DNA from: a virus
DNA length: 64,000 nucleotides
Reading direction: 5' to 3' (one strand)
Virus record (IMG/VR): IMGVR_UViG_3300010399_000033
Span: 46,244 to 110,243 of that record
A program made the position numbers and the translations under genes. The notes under the pieces were generated by a model. It made no database searches, had not been told where the DNA came from, and saw nothing but the letters and a program-made list of their open reading frames with translations. Of the stretch, positions 1 to 9,677 are shown piece by piece (the first letter of the stretch is position 1; each line of letters begins with the position of its first letter).

Positions 1-377
1 CAACCCCTCCACACGAAGACGCCGTCGACCGGCTCGTAGATCGGTAGACGCATTCTGCGCCATTCCTTGCCGATGTACATGAATGCGCGATGGATCTCGT
101 TGTTGCTGTCACGCACTTCGACCTCCTTGCGGTCGTAACTGCCCTCGATCCGGTCCAGTTCCGCGAACAGCAGGTCGGGGACCGAGTAAAGCTCGCCCGC
201 CACAGGATGCTTATGGCTGCTTTCGGGATCGTAGCGCACGACCGGGAAGCCGAGATCGTGCATGACGAACTGCTCGATCGTCTGGCATTCGCCGAGGAAC
301 TGCTTGTCAGGACCGGACAGCATGCGGTTCAGGCTGTATCCGCGCTTGAGCGATCCGTAGACAAAAAGCAATGGCAT
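1..377 (-). CDS. Gamma-glutamylcyclotransferase (GGACT/AIG2-like); stop codon at or beyond the window edge
   Basis: Not in the ORF track. Manual translation gives MPLLFVYGSLKRG...GELY...LDRIEG, with the FVYGSL signature and catalytic LD..EG. AAGGA RBS upstream. Confidence 0.85.
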   Translation of the reverse strand, partial: MPLLFVYGSLKRGYSLNRMLSGPDKQFLGECQTIEQFVMHDLGFPVVRYDPESSHKHPVAGELYSVPDLLFAELDRIEGSYDRKEVEVRDSNNEIHRAFMYIGKEWRRMRLPIYEPVDGVFVWRG

Positions 378-567
378 GGTGGCATCCTTTTGTTTGATCA
401 TGGTTGCAGGTCGAGACGCCTGTCATTCAGGGTATCAGCCCTATATCCTGTCCACGGGGTTAGCGCCGCGAGTTGACAGGCGGAAGTTTGCCTTCCGTGA
501 CAGGCGTCCGGATCTGCATCCCGGAGAAAGACGCGCGCCCAGCTTTTGGACCGAGCGCGCGTCAGAC

Positions 568-1101
568 TCAGTAGTCCTCGTCGTCCGGGTCTCCGAGCGG
601 ATCGTCCTCCTCGTCCTCCTCGTCCACACCCAGGACCTGCATTGGCAGCGGCGCTGGGAGGATCTGCGCAGCCGATCGAGGCGTCGACGGTGCGGGCGAG
701 GCGTCGATCGTGCGCCCCAGAAGGTTGAGCGTTTCGACGTAGGAGTCGTTGATCGGGTAGACCTTGATGCCGCGCCCGTCGGCGAAGCTGATGACCAGAA
801 CATCGGGGTTGGCGTTGCTCTGGTTCACCCCGGAGAGATGCGCTGGATAGACCGAGATCCGCCGACCATCAGGACGCGTGAACTCGACCAGGGTGCCGCC
901 AGCCTCGCGCAGGCGAGCGCAGACGTCAGTGTAGCTGACCGAGGTTTTGTAGCCACGACCGTTCTGCATGCGGATGATTACGCAGTTGCGGTCGTCGGCG
1001 CCGGGGCTGGGGTCGGGAGCGTTCGGCTCCAAAACACCCGCCACGTAGCTCGGGTGGACGTTCAGACGCGTCCCATCGGGACGATTGAATTCGACGAGCA
1101 T
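568..1101 (-). CDS. Hypothetical protein with an internal tandem domain duplication and an acidic tail
   Basis: LVEFNRPDG.../LVEFTRPDG... repeat; AGGAGG RBS. Confidence 0.7.
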   Translation of the reverse strand: MLVEFNRPDGTRLNVHPSYVAGVLEPNAPDPSPGADDRNCVIIRMQNGRGYKTSVSYTDVCARLREAGGTLVEFTRPDGRRISVYPAHLSGVNQSNANPDVLVISFADGRGIKVYPINDSYVETLNLLGRTIDASPAPSTPRSAAQILPAPLPMQVLGVDEEDEEDDPLGDPDDEDY

Positions 1102-1159
1102 GGTTGTTCCTCCTATCTGCGTCGAATGATGGTGCCGATCGCACCGCGAGCAGCTCCGC

Positions 1160-1432
1160 TTAGGAAGCTGCTGACGCTGCGGTCATGGCTAGTGCTTTGA
1201 TCGCCTCTTTCAAATCGGCAGCCTCCTGCCGCCATGCTCTCGCCTCATGCTCCTTGTGGATAACCCAAAAACGAAGCTTGAGCGCAAGTGGATTGACAAG
1301 CTGCCCATTCACCCAGCAAGCCTCGAGACGCGGGCGAAAGTGCGTAGCAACCGCTTCGCTGCCCTCGGCGAGAAGCTCCAAACTGTCGACCTGCTCCTGC
1401 AGCTTGTCGGCCAATGATTTTTCCGTGCTCAT
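1160..1432 (-). CDS. Hypothetical protein
   Basis: ORF from MSTEK, collinear with neighbours. Confidence 0.5.
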   Translation of the reverse strand: MSTEKSLADKLQEQVDSLELLAEGSEAVATHFRPRLEACWVNGQLVNPLALKLRFWVIHKEHEARAWRQEAADLKEAIKALAMTAASAAS

Positions 1433-1591
1433 TTGTGGACCCATCCAATGTTGATCGAACCGTCGAGGCCTCGCGTGAACCGCACGCCGTTGCGAACGTA
1501 GCAGCAGGTGCCCTGCCGCCAATGGATCATCTTCCGGAACGTCTGAAACGCGCGTTGGTATTCGCCACGCCTGATCATGACTGGTCTCCTT

Positions 1592-1813
1592 TTACAGTCC
1601 ATATGACTGCGCGAGCAACTCTGCTTGTCGGGGATCGCGGACCGCGGCGACGCTGCCGGCGATGGCGAGCACGCGAAAGCGGGTGGTGGATAAGCTGTCG
1701 AGCGTGCCGCCGCTTTCGCAGCGCATGTACGCCTCGACGTGGCGGGGGTCGATCTTGGGCAGTGGTGGGATGATGCCCAAGATCTGCTGCTGGTATGCCG
1801 ATTTGTGTGCCAT
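1592..1813 (-). CDS. Hypothetical early protein
   Basis: Start MAHKS is coupled to the upstream stop (TGATG). Confidence 0.55.
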   Translation of the reverse strand: MAHKSAYQQQILGIIPPLPKIDPRHVEAYMRCESGGTLDSLSTTRFRVLAIAGSVAAVRDPRQAELLAQSYGL

Positions 1814-2013
1814 CACTGCACCGTCTCGTCGACGAAGGGGATGGAAAACCGCTTGGCGTATTTTGCGGCGTGCTTCCGCAAACCGGGGAGTGACTTGCCG
1901 GTTCGGTACGGAAAGCTCTCGATCACGGTGGATCCGCTCTTGGTCTCCGGAGCGAACACGCGCAATTGGATGTGCGTCGCTGTCCGCTGCAGCACGATTT
2001 TGGTGGGGGTCAT
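1813..2013 (-). CDS. Hypothetical early protein
   Basis: GGAG RBS; first gene after the leftward promoter. Confidence 0.55.
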   Translation of the reverse strand: MTPTKIVLQRTATHIQLRVFAPETKSGSTVIESFPYRTGKSLPGLRKHAAKYAKRFSIPFVDETVQ

Positions 2014-2039
2014 TGCCGATCTCCATTTCGATGGAAACG

Positions 2040-2068
2040 AGCATAAGCTAGAGAAAAATGGATTGCAA
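2040..2068 (-). promoter_or_regulatory. Leftward sigma70-like promoter
   Basis: TTGCAA-17 nt-TATGCT on the minus strand in an AT-rich intergenic gap. Confidence 0.6.
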
Positions 2069-2137
2069 GAACTATTTTTGTGCATATTCCCATACCATGT
2101 CATTGATTTTGCTATGCTTTCGTGTCGCACAATTCCC

Positions 2138-2166
2138 TTGACATCCATTTCGTGAGCCGATATTCA
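2138..2166 (+). promoter_or_regulatory. Rightward sigma70-like promoter
   Basis: TTGACA-17 nt-TATTCA upstream of the plus-strand early operon. Confidence 0.65.
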
Positions 2167-2213
2167 TTGCCACATCGGCTCAGACGGAGCCTTTTCCGAA
2201 GGGGCACTTCCCA

Positions 2214-2513
2214 ATGACAGACAATCGTCCCGGCATCGTCTTGTGGCGTGACCGCGAGGCGGGGTGTTGGATGCGGACCGATCGCGGCGCGTCCATCCGC
2301 GATGACGTCACATCCAATATGGCGTACTCCAGCGCTGAAAAGGCGGGAGACGTGGCGCGGATAGTGATGAGGGCCAATCCCGGAACGCGCGTGGGTATCA
2401 AGTCTTGTGAGTTCGGCCCGATGACTGTTGCTTATTGCATCCGCAATGGCTATGGCGACGTTCTGTGGATGCAAGCACGCCAGCTGTTTGAGGCTATTCC
2501 CAATGTCCGATAA
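2214..2513 (+). CDS. Hypothetical early protein
   Basis: ORF with AAGGGG RBS following the promoter. Confidence 0.55.
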   Translation: MTDNRPGIVLWRDREAGCWMRTDRGASIRDDVTSNMAYSSAEKAGDVARIVMRANPGTRVGIKSCEFGPMTVAYCIRNGYGDVLWMQARQLFEAIPNVR

Positions 2514-2988
2514 AACCACATGCCAGATCTGCGCGCGGCGGATCAAGGCCGCCAAGGGCGTGATTGCTCACCATGGGTACAAGCGGCCCGGTGGTGGATG
2601 GCAGACCGGCTCATGCTTCGGCGCACGGCACCTTCCCTACGAGGTTTCGTGCGACGTCATTCCGCTTGCGATCGCAAATACTGAGCGGCAGCGGGAAAGG
2701 ACGGTCGCCGCGTTGGAAAAGCTGCGCACGTCGCCGCCGGATAGGATGTCATACATCAAAAGGGGGTATGACGCGAGCTACCGACAGACTCAAACTCTGG
2801 TCGAGGTCCCTCGACCGGATGGCTTCGATCCCAAGACCTGTCGGAATAACTTCATTTCCGGGTCTTATGTGGGCCTCTATCTTAGCGCCATCAAGGACGA
2901 TGAATTCGCTATCCAGGACATGACCGCATTTTTGAAGTATCTCAATGAGCGCCTCGCCAACTGGAAACCGGTGAGGACTGGGGGCTGA
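2503..2988 (+). CDS. Hypothetical protein with an N-terminal Zn-binding motif
   Basis: CQIC...HHGY...C motif. Confidence 0.65.
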   Translation: MSDKTTCQICARRIKAAKGVIAHHGYKRPGGGWQTGSCFGARHLPYEVSCDVIPLAIANTERQRERTVAALEKLRTSPPDRMSYIKRGYDASYRQTQTLVEVPRPDGFDPKTCRNNFISGSYVGLYLSAIKDDEFAIQDMTAFLKYLNERLANWKPVRTGG

Positions 2989-2990
2989 CA

Positions 2991-4214
2991 ATGGCGAACA
3001 CCACCCTTGGACGTACCTTCGGTGTCGAGATTGAGTGCGTCTCCAATCTGGCACGCAGCGAGTTGGCGCAACGCATCAGCCATGCCGGCGTCGACTGCCA
3101 ATCAGAAAGCCTTTCGCATCACACGCGGGACTATTGGCGTGTGACCACTGACGGATCCGTGGGCGCGAGCGGAATAGAGATCGTATCTCCGGTGCTGAAC
3201 TGGACGCGCGGGCCCGAGGAGATCATGCGAGTGTGCGAGGTGCTCCGCGCCGCCGGATGCCGTGTCAATCCGCAGTGTGGACTGCATGTGCATGTCGGTG
3301 TTCGGCATCCGTCGACGTCGTGGTCCACTCCCATGGCAAAGCGGCTGCCGCTGGCATACGCGCGAGCAGAGCATGTGATCGACAAGTGGATGCCACCGTC
3401 TCGGCGCGGCGACAGCAACTACTACTGTCGCTCGCTGGCGCAGAGGCTGAAGCAGCATAGGGTCCTGGAGGCGAACAGCCCTCGCGATGTCATTGTGGCG
3501 GCACGTATGATACACGACTACGCCAACCGCGGTAACCGGTATGTCAAGCTCAATATGATACCGGTCTACGATTACGGCACTGTCGAGTTCCGGCAGCATA
3601 GCGGCACGCTCGACGACACGAAGGTGATCCAGTGGGCGAAGTTTTGCCTGCGCTTCGTGGACGCGGCGGCAAGCTACGTGCCGCCAGCGCAGACCGAGGC
3701 ACCCGCGCCTGCAGCAGCTACTACGCAGACGCTGGCGGCTGGAACTACGCCGCGACGTCCACGTAGCGGCACCGCGCGTGCTGTCATATTCGACATGCTG
3801 ACCCGTCCGGAGGGATGCACCACACGCGAGGTTCTCGACGCCACTGGGTGGCGACAGGTGTCGGTGCTTGGCACCGCTAACCAGATGGGCCTGACTGTCC
3901 GCACCGTGCGCGTGCGCGAGACTTACGGCGCGAGGACGCGCAGCGTTCTGCGGTTCTATGCCGACTTGCTTGCGCCTATGTTCCAGGCCGCAGTGCAATC
4001 TACCCTGGAAATGGCTGTCGCTCCTCCGCTGCTGCCCATGACGTTCACGCAAGACGAGCTGTTTGAATACCTCGGAATGCCGGACGACGAGCGACTCTAC
4101 TGGACAACACGAGCGCGGCGCCTGGCTACGATCGAGCAGGGAGCGTCAAACCCCTCGGCGGTTGGAATGACTGACGACAGTTACAGAGCATACGCACAGG
4201 AGGCGATGTCATGA
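2991..4214 (+). CDS. Amidoligase (COOH-NH2 ligase, Amidoligase_2-like) with an embedded DUF3489-like wHTH
   Basis: RTFGVEIE, W...DGS, EIVSP, CGLHVHV, RY.KLN, GTVEFRQH motifs; C-terminal IFDMLTRPEGCTTREVLDATGW. Confidence 0.88.
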   Translation: MANTTLGRTFGVEIECVSNLARSELAQRISHAGVDCQSESLSHHTRDYWRVTTDGSVGASGIEIVSPVLNWTRGPEEIMRVCEVLRAAGCRVNPQCGLHVHVGVRHPSTSWSTPMAKRLPLAYARAEHVIDKWMPPSRRGDSNYYCRSLAQRLKQHRVLEANSPRDVIVAARMIHDYANRGNRYVKLNMIPVYDYGTVEFRQHSGTLDDTKVIQWAKFCLRFVDAAASYVPPAQTEAPAPAAATTQTLAAGTTPRRPRSGTARAVIFDMLTRPEGCTTREVLDATGWRQVSVLGTANQMGLTVRTVRVRETYGARTRSVLRFYADLLAPMFQAAVQSTLEMAVAPPLLPMTFTQDELFEYLGMPDDERLYWTTRARRLATIEQGASNPSAVGMTDDSYRAYAQEAMS

Positions 4215-4924
4215 GCAAGGTGATCATCCGGCGCGGCGCCAAGACAACCAGCAAAACAAAGAAGCGTCCCACCACAGAGTTCAGGCGAACGTTGAACGCT
4301 CCTGCGGTGAAGCGGCCGAAGCCAACTATCCTGTATATGGCCTACGGATCCAACCTGCACATTCGCAGCATGATGCGGAGGTGCCCCGACGCCGAACCGA
4401 TCGGGACACGCATGCTCAACAATGCGCGCCTGGTGTTCCGTGGCGTCGCGGATTTGGCATTCGAGCCTGACCACTTGGCGCCCGTGGCGCTGTGGAATAT
4501 CTCGACACGCGATGAAGCATCGCTCGACGGATACGAGGGCGTGTCGGCTGGGATCTATGGGCGCTACTGGATCCCGCTTGGCGGCGGATACCGCGGCCGC
4601 AGGGCGCTGGTCTATCTGATGCACGACACCGGGATCTTCCCGCCGTCTGCACACTACGTGTCAACGATCCGCGATGGATACCGCAACTTCCGTCTGGATC
4701 AAAGCTTTCTGGACGAGGCGATCGCGCACAGCTATGACCAAAAGACCCCAACGACTCACACACGAGATCGACGCGGGCGGCAGCGCGCACTGCGCCAACC
4801 GCTGGTCGAGATGCCGGAGGAGGTCGCGCTGGCGCGGTTGGACAGTGTCCAGCTGTTCCAGCAGACGCAGAAGTTCCCGTTCCAACTGACGTATGATGCT
4901 GCAGTCGAGATCATAGAGGAGTGA
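4211..4924 (+). CDS. Gamma-glutamylcyclotransferase family protein
   Basis: LYMAYGSNL...MMRRCPDA...LDGYEG...PS..Y; coupled to the amidoligase. Confidence 0.88.
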   Translation: MSKVIIRRGAKTTSKTKKRPTTEFRRTLNAPAVKRPKPTILYMAYGSNLHIRSMMRRCPDAEPIGTRMLNNARLVFRGVADLAFEPDHLAPVALWNISTRDEASLDGYEGVSAGIYGRYWIPLGGGYRGRRALVYLMHDTGIFPPSAHYVSTIRDGYRNFRLDQSFLDEAIAHSYDQKTPTTHTRDRRGRQRALRQPLVEMPEEVALARLDSVQLFQQTQKFPFQLTYDAAVEIIEE

Positions 4925-4929
4925 CGTCC

Positions 4930-5256
4930 ATGTCCGATCGAACCAAAAGGATGACCGAGCCGCCCCCGTGCATGCTGCCTGACGGCACGCTGAACGTGGT
5001 GGATCCGCTCGACGTCGCAATACACATGTGCGAGAACTGGGAAAAGCAGCGCCGCACAACCAAGAAGGAGAAAGTCATGGATCCGAATGCATGCCTTCTG
5101 CAGCTGCTGCAGGCAATCGAGGCGCGTAGGTGGGGCGAGGCGCGTGAGTCTCTTTCCCACATGGAGCAGTGGATCCAGAACGGCGGGTTTCAGGGGGCTG
5201 GCATCGCTGCAGCATCAGCCGCAGTCTATAAAGTGATTTGGGATAAGAAAGGATGA
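4930..5256 (+). CDS. Hypothetical protein with a PPPxMLPDGTLNVV motif
   Basis: GAGGAG RBS; motif shared with 32502..32894. Confidence 0.6.
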   Translation: MSDRTKRMTEPPPCMLPDGTLNVVDPLDVAIHMCENWEKQRRTTKKEKVMDPNACLLQLLQAIEARRWGEARESLSHMEQWIQNGGFQGAGIAAASAAVYKVIWDKKG

Positions 5257-5259
5257 CTT

Positions 5260-5568
5260 ATGTCGGAGGAACGACAGAAGGTGCTGAACCGGGCGCGGCG
5301 TGTGCTGGCGCTGATTGAAGCGAACGCAAAACAAGCCACGCCGGGCCCGTGGGATATCAGCCATGGGCACGTCTTCAAAGGCGAGGAAAAGAATGGAAAG
5401 TGGCATGCGTATGACATCGCGTGTCAGCCATGGGAGCGCAGCCAGTGCGTTTACGGCGTGAACCCGGACAACAAGCGCGACCGCAATGTGCGGCACATCG
5501 CGACCTGTCATCCCAAGGCCATGCAGCAGTTGGGTCGACGATCTGCGCGAGCTGCTGCCCCGAACTGA
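5260..5568 (+). CDS. Ead/Ea22-like (ATPGPW motif) phage protein, probably frameshifted near its 3' end
   Basis: AKQATPGPW...N..HIATCHP motif. Confidence 0.6.
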   Translation: MSEERQKVLNRARRVLALIEANAKQATPGPWDISHGHVFKGEEKNGKWHAYDIACQPWERSQCVYGVNPDNKRDRNVRHIATCHPKAMQQLGRRSARAAAPN

Positions 5569-5587
5569 AACTGGAGGAAAAGAAGTC

Positions 5588-5899
5588 ATGAGCCGATTGT
5601 TTGGATGGAGCCTGCCACCGGGGTGCTCGACGCTCCCCGGCGAGGAGGACGAGGGCCCCTGCGACGTCTGCAAGAAGGCTGTCGACGATTGCATCTGCGA
5701 TGAGTGTCCGACGTGCGAGGCACAGGGCGATCCGAAGTGTTTTCGCGAGCATGGTCTGCGCCTGACGCGCGAGCAAGTGGTGTCCCGTCTTGAGGCCGAG
5801 GCGTACGAACTGCAGGAACGCCTTGACGGCGTTCGGGCGGAGGCAAGCCGTGTGCGTAATGGCGGAGAGTTCCTCGACTGGCTTCCGCGGTCGGGGTGA
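5588..5899 (+). CDS. Cys-rich hypothetical phage protein
   Basis: FGWSLPPGC...CDVC...CICDECPTC. Confidence 0.65.
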   Translation: MSRLFGWSLPPGCSTLPGEEDEGPCDVCKKAVDDCICDECPTCEAQGDPKCFREHGLRLTREQVVSRLEAEAYELQERLDGVRAEASRVRNGGEFLDWLPRSG

Positions 5900-5902
5900 G
5901 TC

Positions 5903-6148
5903 ATGCGGTTCGTGTGCAAGGGACTGCGTACGGTCCGAGCGGGACCGAGTGTCCGCAACGCAGATGACGCCGGCCGGGTGTTCGCTCACCGGCTGGCGTC
6001 CAAGATGTTCGGACGCCATGCGCGCTGCCTGTCGATTTCACGGGTGCGGGGAATGCGCCCCGCCACTTACATGGTGGAGATCGGAAACAGCCGAATGCGC
6101 GCGACCGAGATCATTCGCGTCGAGGTGCGATACGGGAGGGAAGAATGA
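5903..6148 (+). CDS. Hypothetical protein
   Basis: ORF packed between neighbours. Confidence 0.4.
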   Translation: MRFVCKGLRTVRAGPSVRNADDAGRVFAHRLASKMFGRHARCLSISRVRGMRPATYMVEIGNSRMRATEIIRVEVRYGREE

Positions 6149-6429
6149 AAGTCTATGAGATGATGAACCTGGACGGAGTGAACGCCTGCATGGTGGCTGC
6201 GAAAAATCTGAAAGAAGCGGCCGAGCTTATGGACATTACGCCGTATCAAATGCGCCGCATGGGCTGGAGGTACGCGTCAGACGCCACCACTGATCAGAGC
6301 ACGCTTGACGCCGCGTCCACTGCTCTGGCCAAGCCAGGTGTGCGCTTGTATCGACCGGTCACGCCCCGCGCCGAACCGTGGCGCGAGGAGCGCTACTTGC
6401 GCGAGGAGCTGTATCGCCGTCCAAGATAG
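6145..6429 (+). CDS. Hypothetical protein
   Basis: GGAGG RBS, ATGA overlap. Confidence 0.6.
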   Translation: MKVYEMMNLDGVNACMVAAKNLKEAAELMDITPYQMRRMGWRYASDATTDQSTLDAASTALAKPGVRLYRPVTPRAEPWREERYLREELYRRPR

Positions 6430-7951
6430 CGTGCATCTGCTCCTGGCCCTCGCGCACGAACTCCAGCACCTTCTCGTCATTGGTGTCCTCGGTGACCAAG
6501 TCGTACAAGAACACGTGCTCATGTGCGGAGCCCTGCCGCCGGATGCGGCCTTCGCACTGCGCACGGACCGTGCTCGACACCGGCGACTCATAGAAGAAAC
6601 CGTACTTCGCAATCTGGATGTTCAGGCCGGCGCCGAACAAGTTCTGCAGCAGCATGACCCGGCGCCGATCGTCGTTGACAAAGGACAGCAGCTCCTGATC
6701 GCTGCGTTTCGCCCTTCCCGCCAGATGGCTATATCCGATCTTCAGTCGTTTGAGCTGCTCGGCGATCCGCGCCGCGGACCAGGTGAACTCGTAGAAGATT
6801 ACACACTTGTGCTCGTCGACGACGCCCTCCACCAGCGACATCAGCATTTCAAGCTTCGGGTTCTCGTCGAAGGCAAACTGCGCTCGCGTCCCCGTATCGT
6901 CGTCGCTGTAGCCGACAAATCCGGACGAGATCTGCCGCAGGCGTAGGAACGCGTTCTTGCTCTCCTGAATACTGCCGCGCCCGTTCTTCCACAGCTCCCA
7001 GGCGCGTTTGTAATGCGTCTGCGCATCGGTCGGCAGCTGGATGTATTTCTTGATCATGCTGCATGCCGGAAGATCGGCTTCGTTGGCGCGGATGCGGATG
7101 GACCGGTGATTCAGGACCCGGCGCAGTTCCGGCATCATCTGCTTTCGGAAATTGTACTCGCGTCCGCCCCAATAGTTGTCCTTGGCTGAGAAGAACACGT
7201 CGCGGAAGAACCCGAGCGTCTTGCCCAAAGTCTCGCCGTTGTCGACCAGGAACATCTGCGACCACACCCGCTCGACGTTTCGACCGAACGGCGTTCCTGA
7301 CAGAGCGAAGACCAATTGCGCGGTCTGGCCCAGCTTGCGGCTGATGCGGAAGGGAAGCGTCTTCTTGTTGGCGCAGTTCTGCGACTCGTCGATCACCAGC
7401 CCGGACGTCAGTCGAGAAAGCTTAGTGATCTTGCCGCGCTTCGGAACCACACGCAGCTTCTTGCTCTTGCTTTTGCCCTTTCGTCCGTCGCGGCCGAGGT
7501 CGCCCACCAGCCGCGCCATGCCGCCGTAAGTCTCAATCATCAGGAGCGCATCATCGCCGTGCTCCTCGATCTGTGCCCACTTGTCGCGAGACGAGCCGCG
7601 AAGCACCAGGTATGGCAGGTGAGGCATGTGCTTCTCGATCTCACGCTGCCACTCGGCCTTGTTTGGCTTGCGCGGGACGAGCACGATCACTGGGATGCGC
7701 AGATGGTTGACTAGCGCCAGCATGACGAAAGTTTTGCCCGTTCCCGTCGCCGCCCATAGGGCGAACCGGCGTGTGCGCAGGCAGATGAGGAACATGACCT
7801 TCTGGTGCCGGCGCATGCGGCGCCACACATCGGGGTCGACCTTATGCTTTCGCGCCAGCCGGTCGAGCTGGACGGCGCTGAGTCGCTGGTAGACTCGCCA
7901 GTCGTCGCGCTCCTTCTCCAGGAACGCGCGGATGATGCGCTCTGGTGTCAT
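6359..7951 (-). CDS. SNF2-like superfamily 2 helicase
   Basis: ATGTGKT (Walker A), VIDESQ (Walker B), ALSGTP, LRQISSGF, GLNIQ, QCEGRIRRQG. Confidence 0.9.
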   Translation of the reverse strand: MTPERIIRAFLEKERDDWRVYQRLSAVQLDRLARKHKVDPDVWRRMRRHQKVMFLICLRTRRFALWAATGTGKTFVMLALVNHLRIPVIVLVPRKPNKAEWQREIEKHMPHLPYLVLRGSSRDKWAQIEEHGDDALLMIETYGGMARLVGDLGRDGRKGKSKSKKLRVVPKRGKITKLSRLTSGLVIDESQNCANKKTLPFRISRKLGQTAQLVFALSGTPFGRNVERVWSQMFLVDNGETLGKTLGFFRDVFFSAKDNYWGGREYNFRKQMMPELRRVLNHRSIRIRANEADLPACSMIKKYIQLPTDAQTHYKRAWELWKNGRGSIQESKNAFLRLRQISSGFVGYSDDDTGTRAQFAFDENPKLEMLMSLVEGVVDEHKCVIFYEFTWSAARIAEQLKRLKIGYSHLAGRAKRSDQELLSFVNDDRRRVMLLQNLFGAGLNIQIAKYGFFYESPVSSTVRAQCEGRIRRQGSAHEHVFLYDLVTEDTNDEKVLEFVREGQEQMHAILDGDTAPRASSAPRATVRRGA

Positions 7952-8418
7952 CAGTGATGCGTCGCCACGCTGGCGACGGGGCCTTCCAGCGCCTCGCATA
8001 TGAGCACCAAGGGCCCGCCGCGGTGTGTCCGGATGGTGATCGGCCTTTTGGTCTCTGTGATCGCAACTCTGATCGGATTCCTCATTTCGCGCTCCACCAG
8101 GCATGCACCTGCTCGGTAATCAGGTGCCCGCGCAGACCAAGAGCATGCAGCTTGGCGCGGAAGACATGGAGCGAAATCTCCCGCGCGTTGAACTGCCGAC
8201 CGGCTTCGGCAATCCGCGCCTCGATGATCTCCCGCCGCTCCGGATCATCGCGGTTCACTGACGTTTTCCTGACTTCTTTGCGCCTAAGCGTTCAAGCCAC
8301 ACACCGAACTGGAACCCACCCATCGCGGCCTGCAGCGCGATCATCCATGGCTCACTCAGCACAGTTGCAGCTAGGATTATCAGAGCTGTAGCAATGACTA
8401 GGCGGATGCGTTCATGGT

Positions 8419-9333
8419 TCATTGGCACTCACCGGGCAGCGACTTGCGAAATTGGCGCCAGCCGCGGAGGTTGCCGTGAAGGTGCGGGCACTCCCAGGCG
8501 GTTCTGGTGCAGGCCGCGTCGACCCACACCTGCGTGTCAGGCGTCGCCTGATGCTCGCACGGTGAGGCGTGGAGCGGGACGGAGGCCACCAGCCGGTCGT
8601 AGAGCGCGAGGTCCTGCTCGACCGTCGGCACCTTGCCGTCCTGGGTCAGGTATGAGACGCGAGCACAGCGCGCCACCGACACCTTGATGACCTGCTCCAG
8701 GTTCATGGGGACCTCGTCGGCACCGCTCTCGTGCTGGCGGGGTGTCACATAGGGCAGATGCCACTCGCCGGGCTGCAGCACCCGCGGGGTTGCGCCAGCG
8801 ATCGCGTCCCGCACAGCCTCGGCGAGCGCACGCATCTCTGGCTGCGCGTCGGGATGGCAGCGCAGCGCGAAGAAGTTGGACCACTCGGTCGCGGTCACGA
8901 CCACGTTGATGTGCAGCCACGGTTCCAGCAGGCGGTTGACGATCTGCTTGTGATATTTGGCCTTGGCGAAAGCCCCCGCCGCATCGACCATCTGATCTCG
9001 CGCACGCAGCCACGCGTGCAAACGATCGCAGACCATGTGAGTGCGGTCATCACGGTCGGACATCGGCATCAGCACCGGCTCGTCGCACTCCTCCCGCGCC
9101 TGCATGCCGGGCTGGTTCTTGCCCCAGTGCATTGGGATGACCGGGTCGTCCAGCACGTCCTGGATCATGCGTTCGACCGGGATCGCGCGGGACGACGAGG
9201 CGTTGCGCGAAAATACGCGGTGCGTCATCAGCTCGCCGTGGATGAGCTTGGGGTAGCGGAGCTGCAGAGTGTAGAGCGGCGGGCCGCCGTGCGGGTGGGC
9301 GGATGCCGCGATGATCTTTGCCGTGATGGTCAT
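8419..9333 (-). CDS. thyX: FAD-dependent thymidylate synthase (phage type)
   Basis: ELMTHRVFSRNASSSRAIP, NFFALRC...AQPE, HASPCEHQA. Confidence 0.9.
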   Translation of the reverse strand: MTITAKIIAASAHPHGGPPLYTLQLRYPKLIHGELMTHRVFSRNASSSRAIPVERMIQDVLDDPVIPMHWGKNQPGMQAREECDEPVLMPMSDRDDRTHMVCDRLHAWLRARDQMVDAAGAFAKAKYHKQIVNRLLEPWLHINVVVTATEWSNFFALRCHPDAQPEMRALAEAVRDAIAGATPRVLQPGEWHLPYVTPRQHESGADEVPMNLEQVIKVSVARCARVSYLTQDGKVPTVEQDLALYDRLVASVPLHASPCEHQATPDTQVWVDAACTRTAWECPHLHGNLRGWRQFRKSLPGECQ

Positions 9334-9677
9334 GTGTTCCGTCTCCTACTTATTACCAAACAAAGATGCTGAATGCCGATTAGAGTGAACCCCCAACGCG
9401 GCGCGAGCGATAGCATTAGCAAGAACAACAGCCATGCCGGCACCTGTACGATCTCCGTCCACATGTAAGTTTCCCCGAACAGCACAGCGAAGGCGCTGAC
9501 TATAACTGCCCCCACGCACAAGGTAGCTAGCAGTTCTTTGTTATTGGCAGCCTCTATTAGTATCCCGCCGAGCCACCAAACAGGGAACGCGAGCAGGCCA
9601 AATTCGCTAGGGATCAGCCCGGCGAGGATTAGCGTGACCGCCAGGATCGGGAAACCGATCAGCCATCCGACGTACAT
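9330..9677 (-). CDS. Membrane protein
   Basis: Several hydrophobic segments from MYVGW. Confidence 0.55.
   Translation of the reverse strand: MYVGWLIGFPILAVTLILAGLIPSEFGLLAFPVWWLGGILIEAANNKELLATLCVGAVIVSAFAVLFGETYMWTEIVQVPAWLLFLLMLSLAPRWGFTLIGIQHLCLVISRRRNT

Noticed and set aside
4970-5003. 33-34 nt duplicated segments as CRISPR spacers or DGR template/variable repeats
   Set aside because: No repeat-spacer array and no reverse transcriptase in the window. Mismatches are mostly synonymous rather than adenine-specific.
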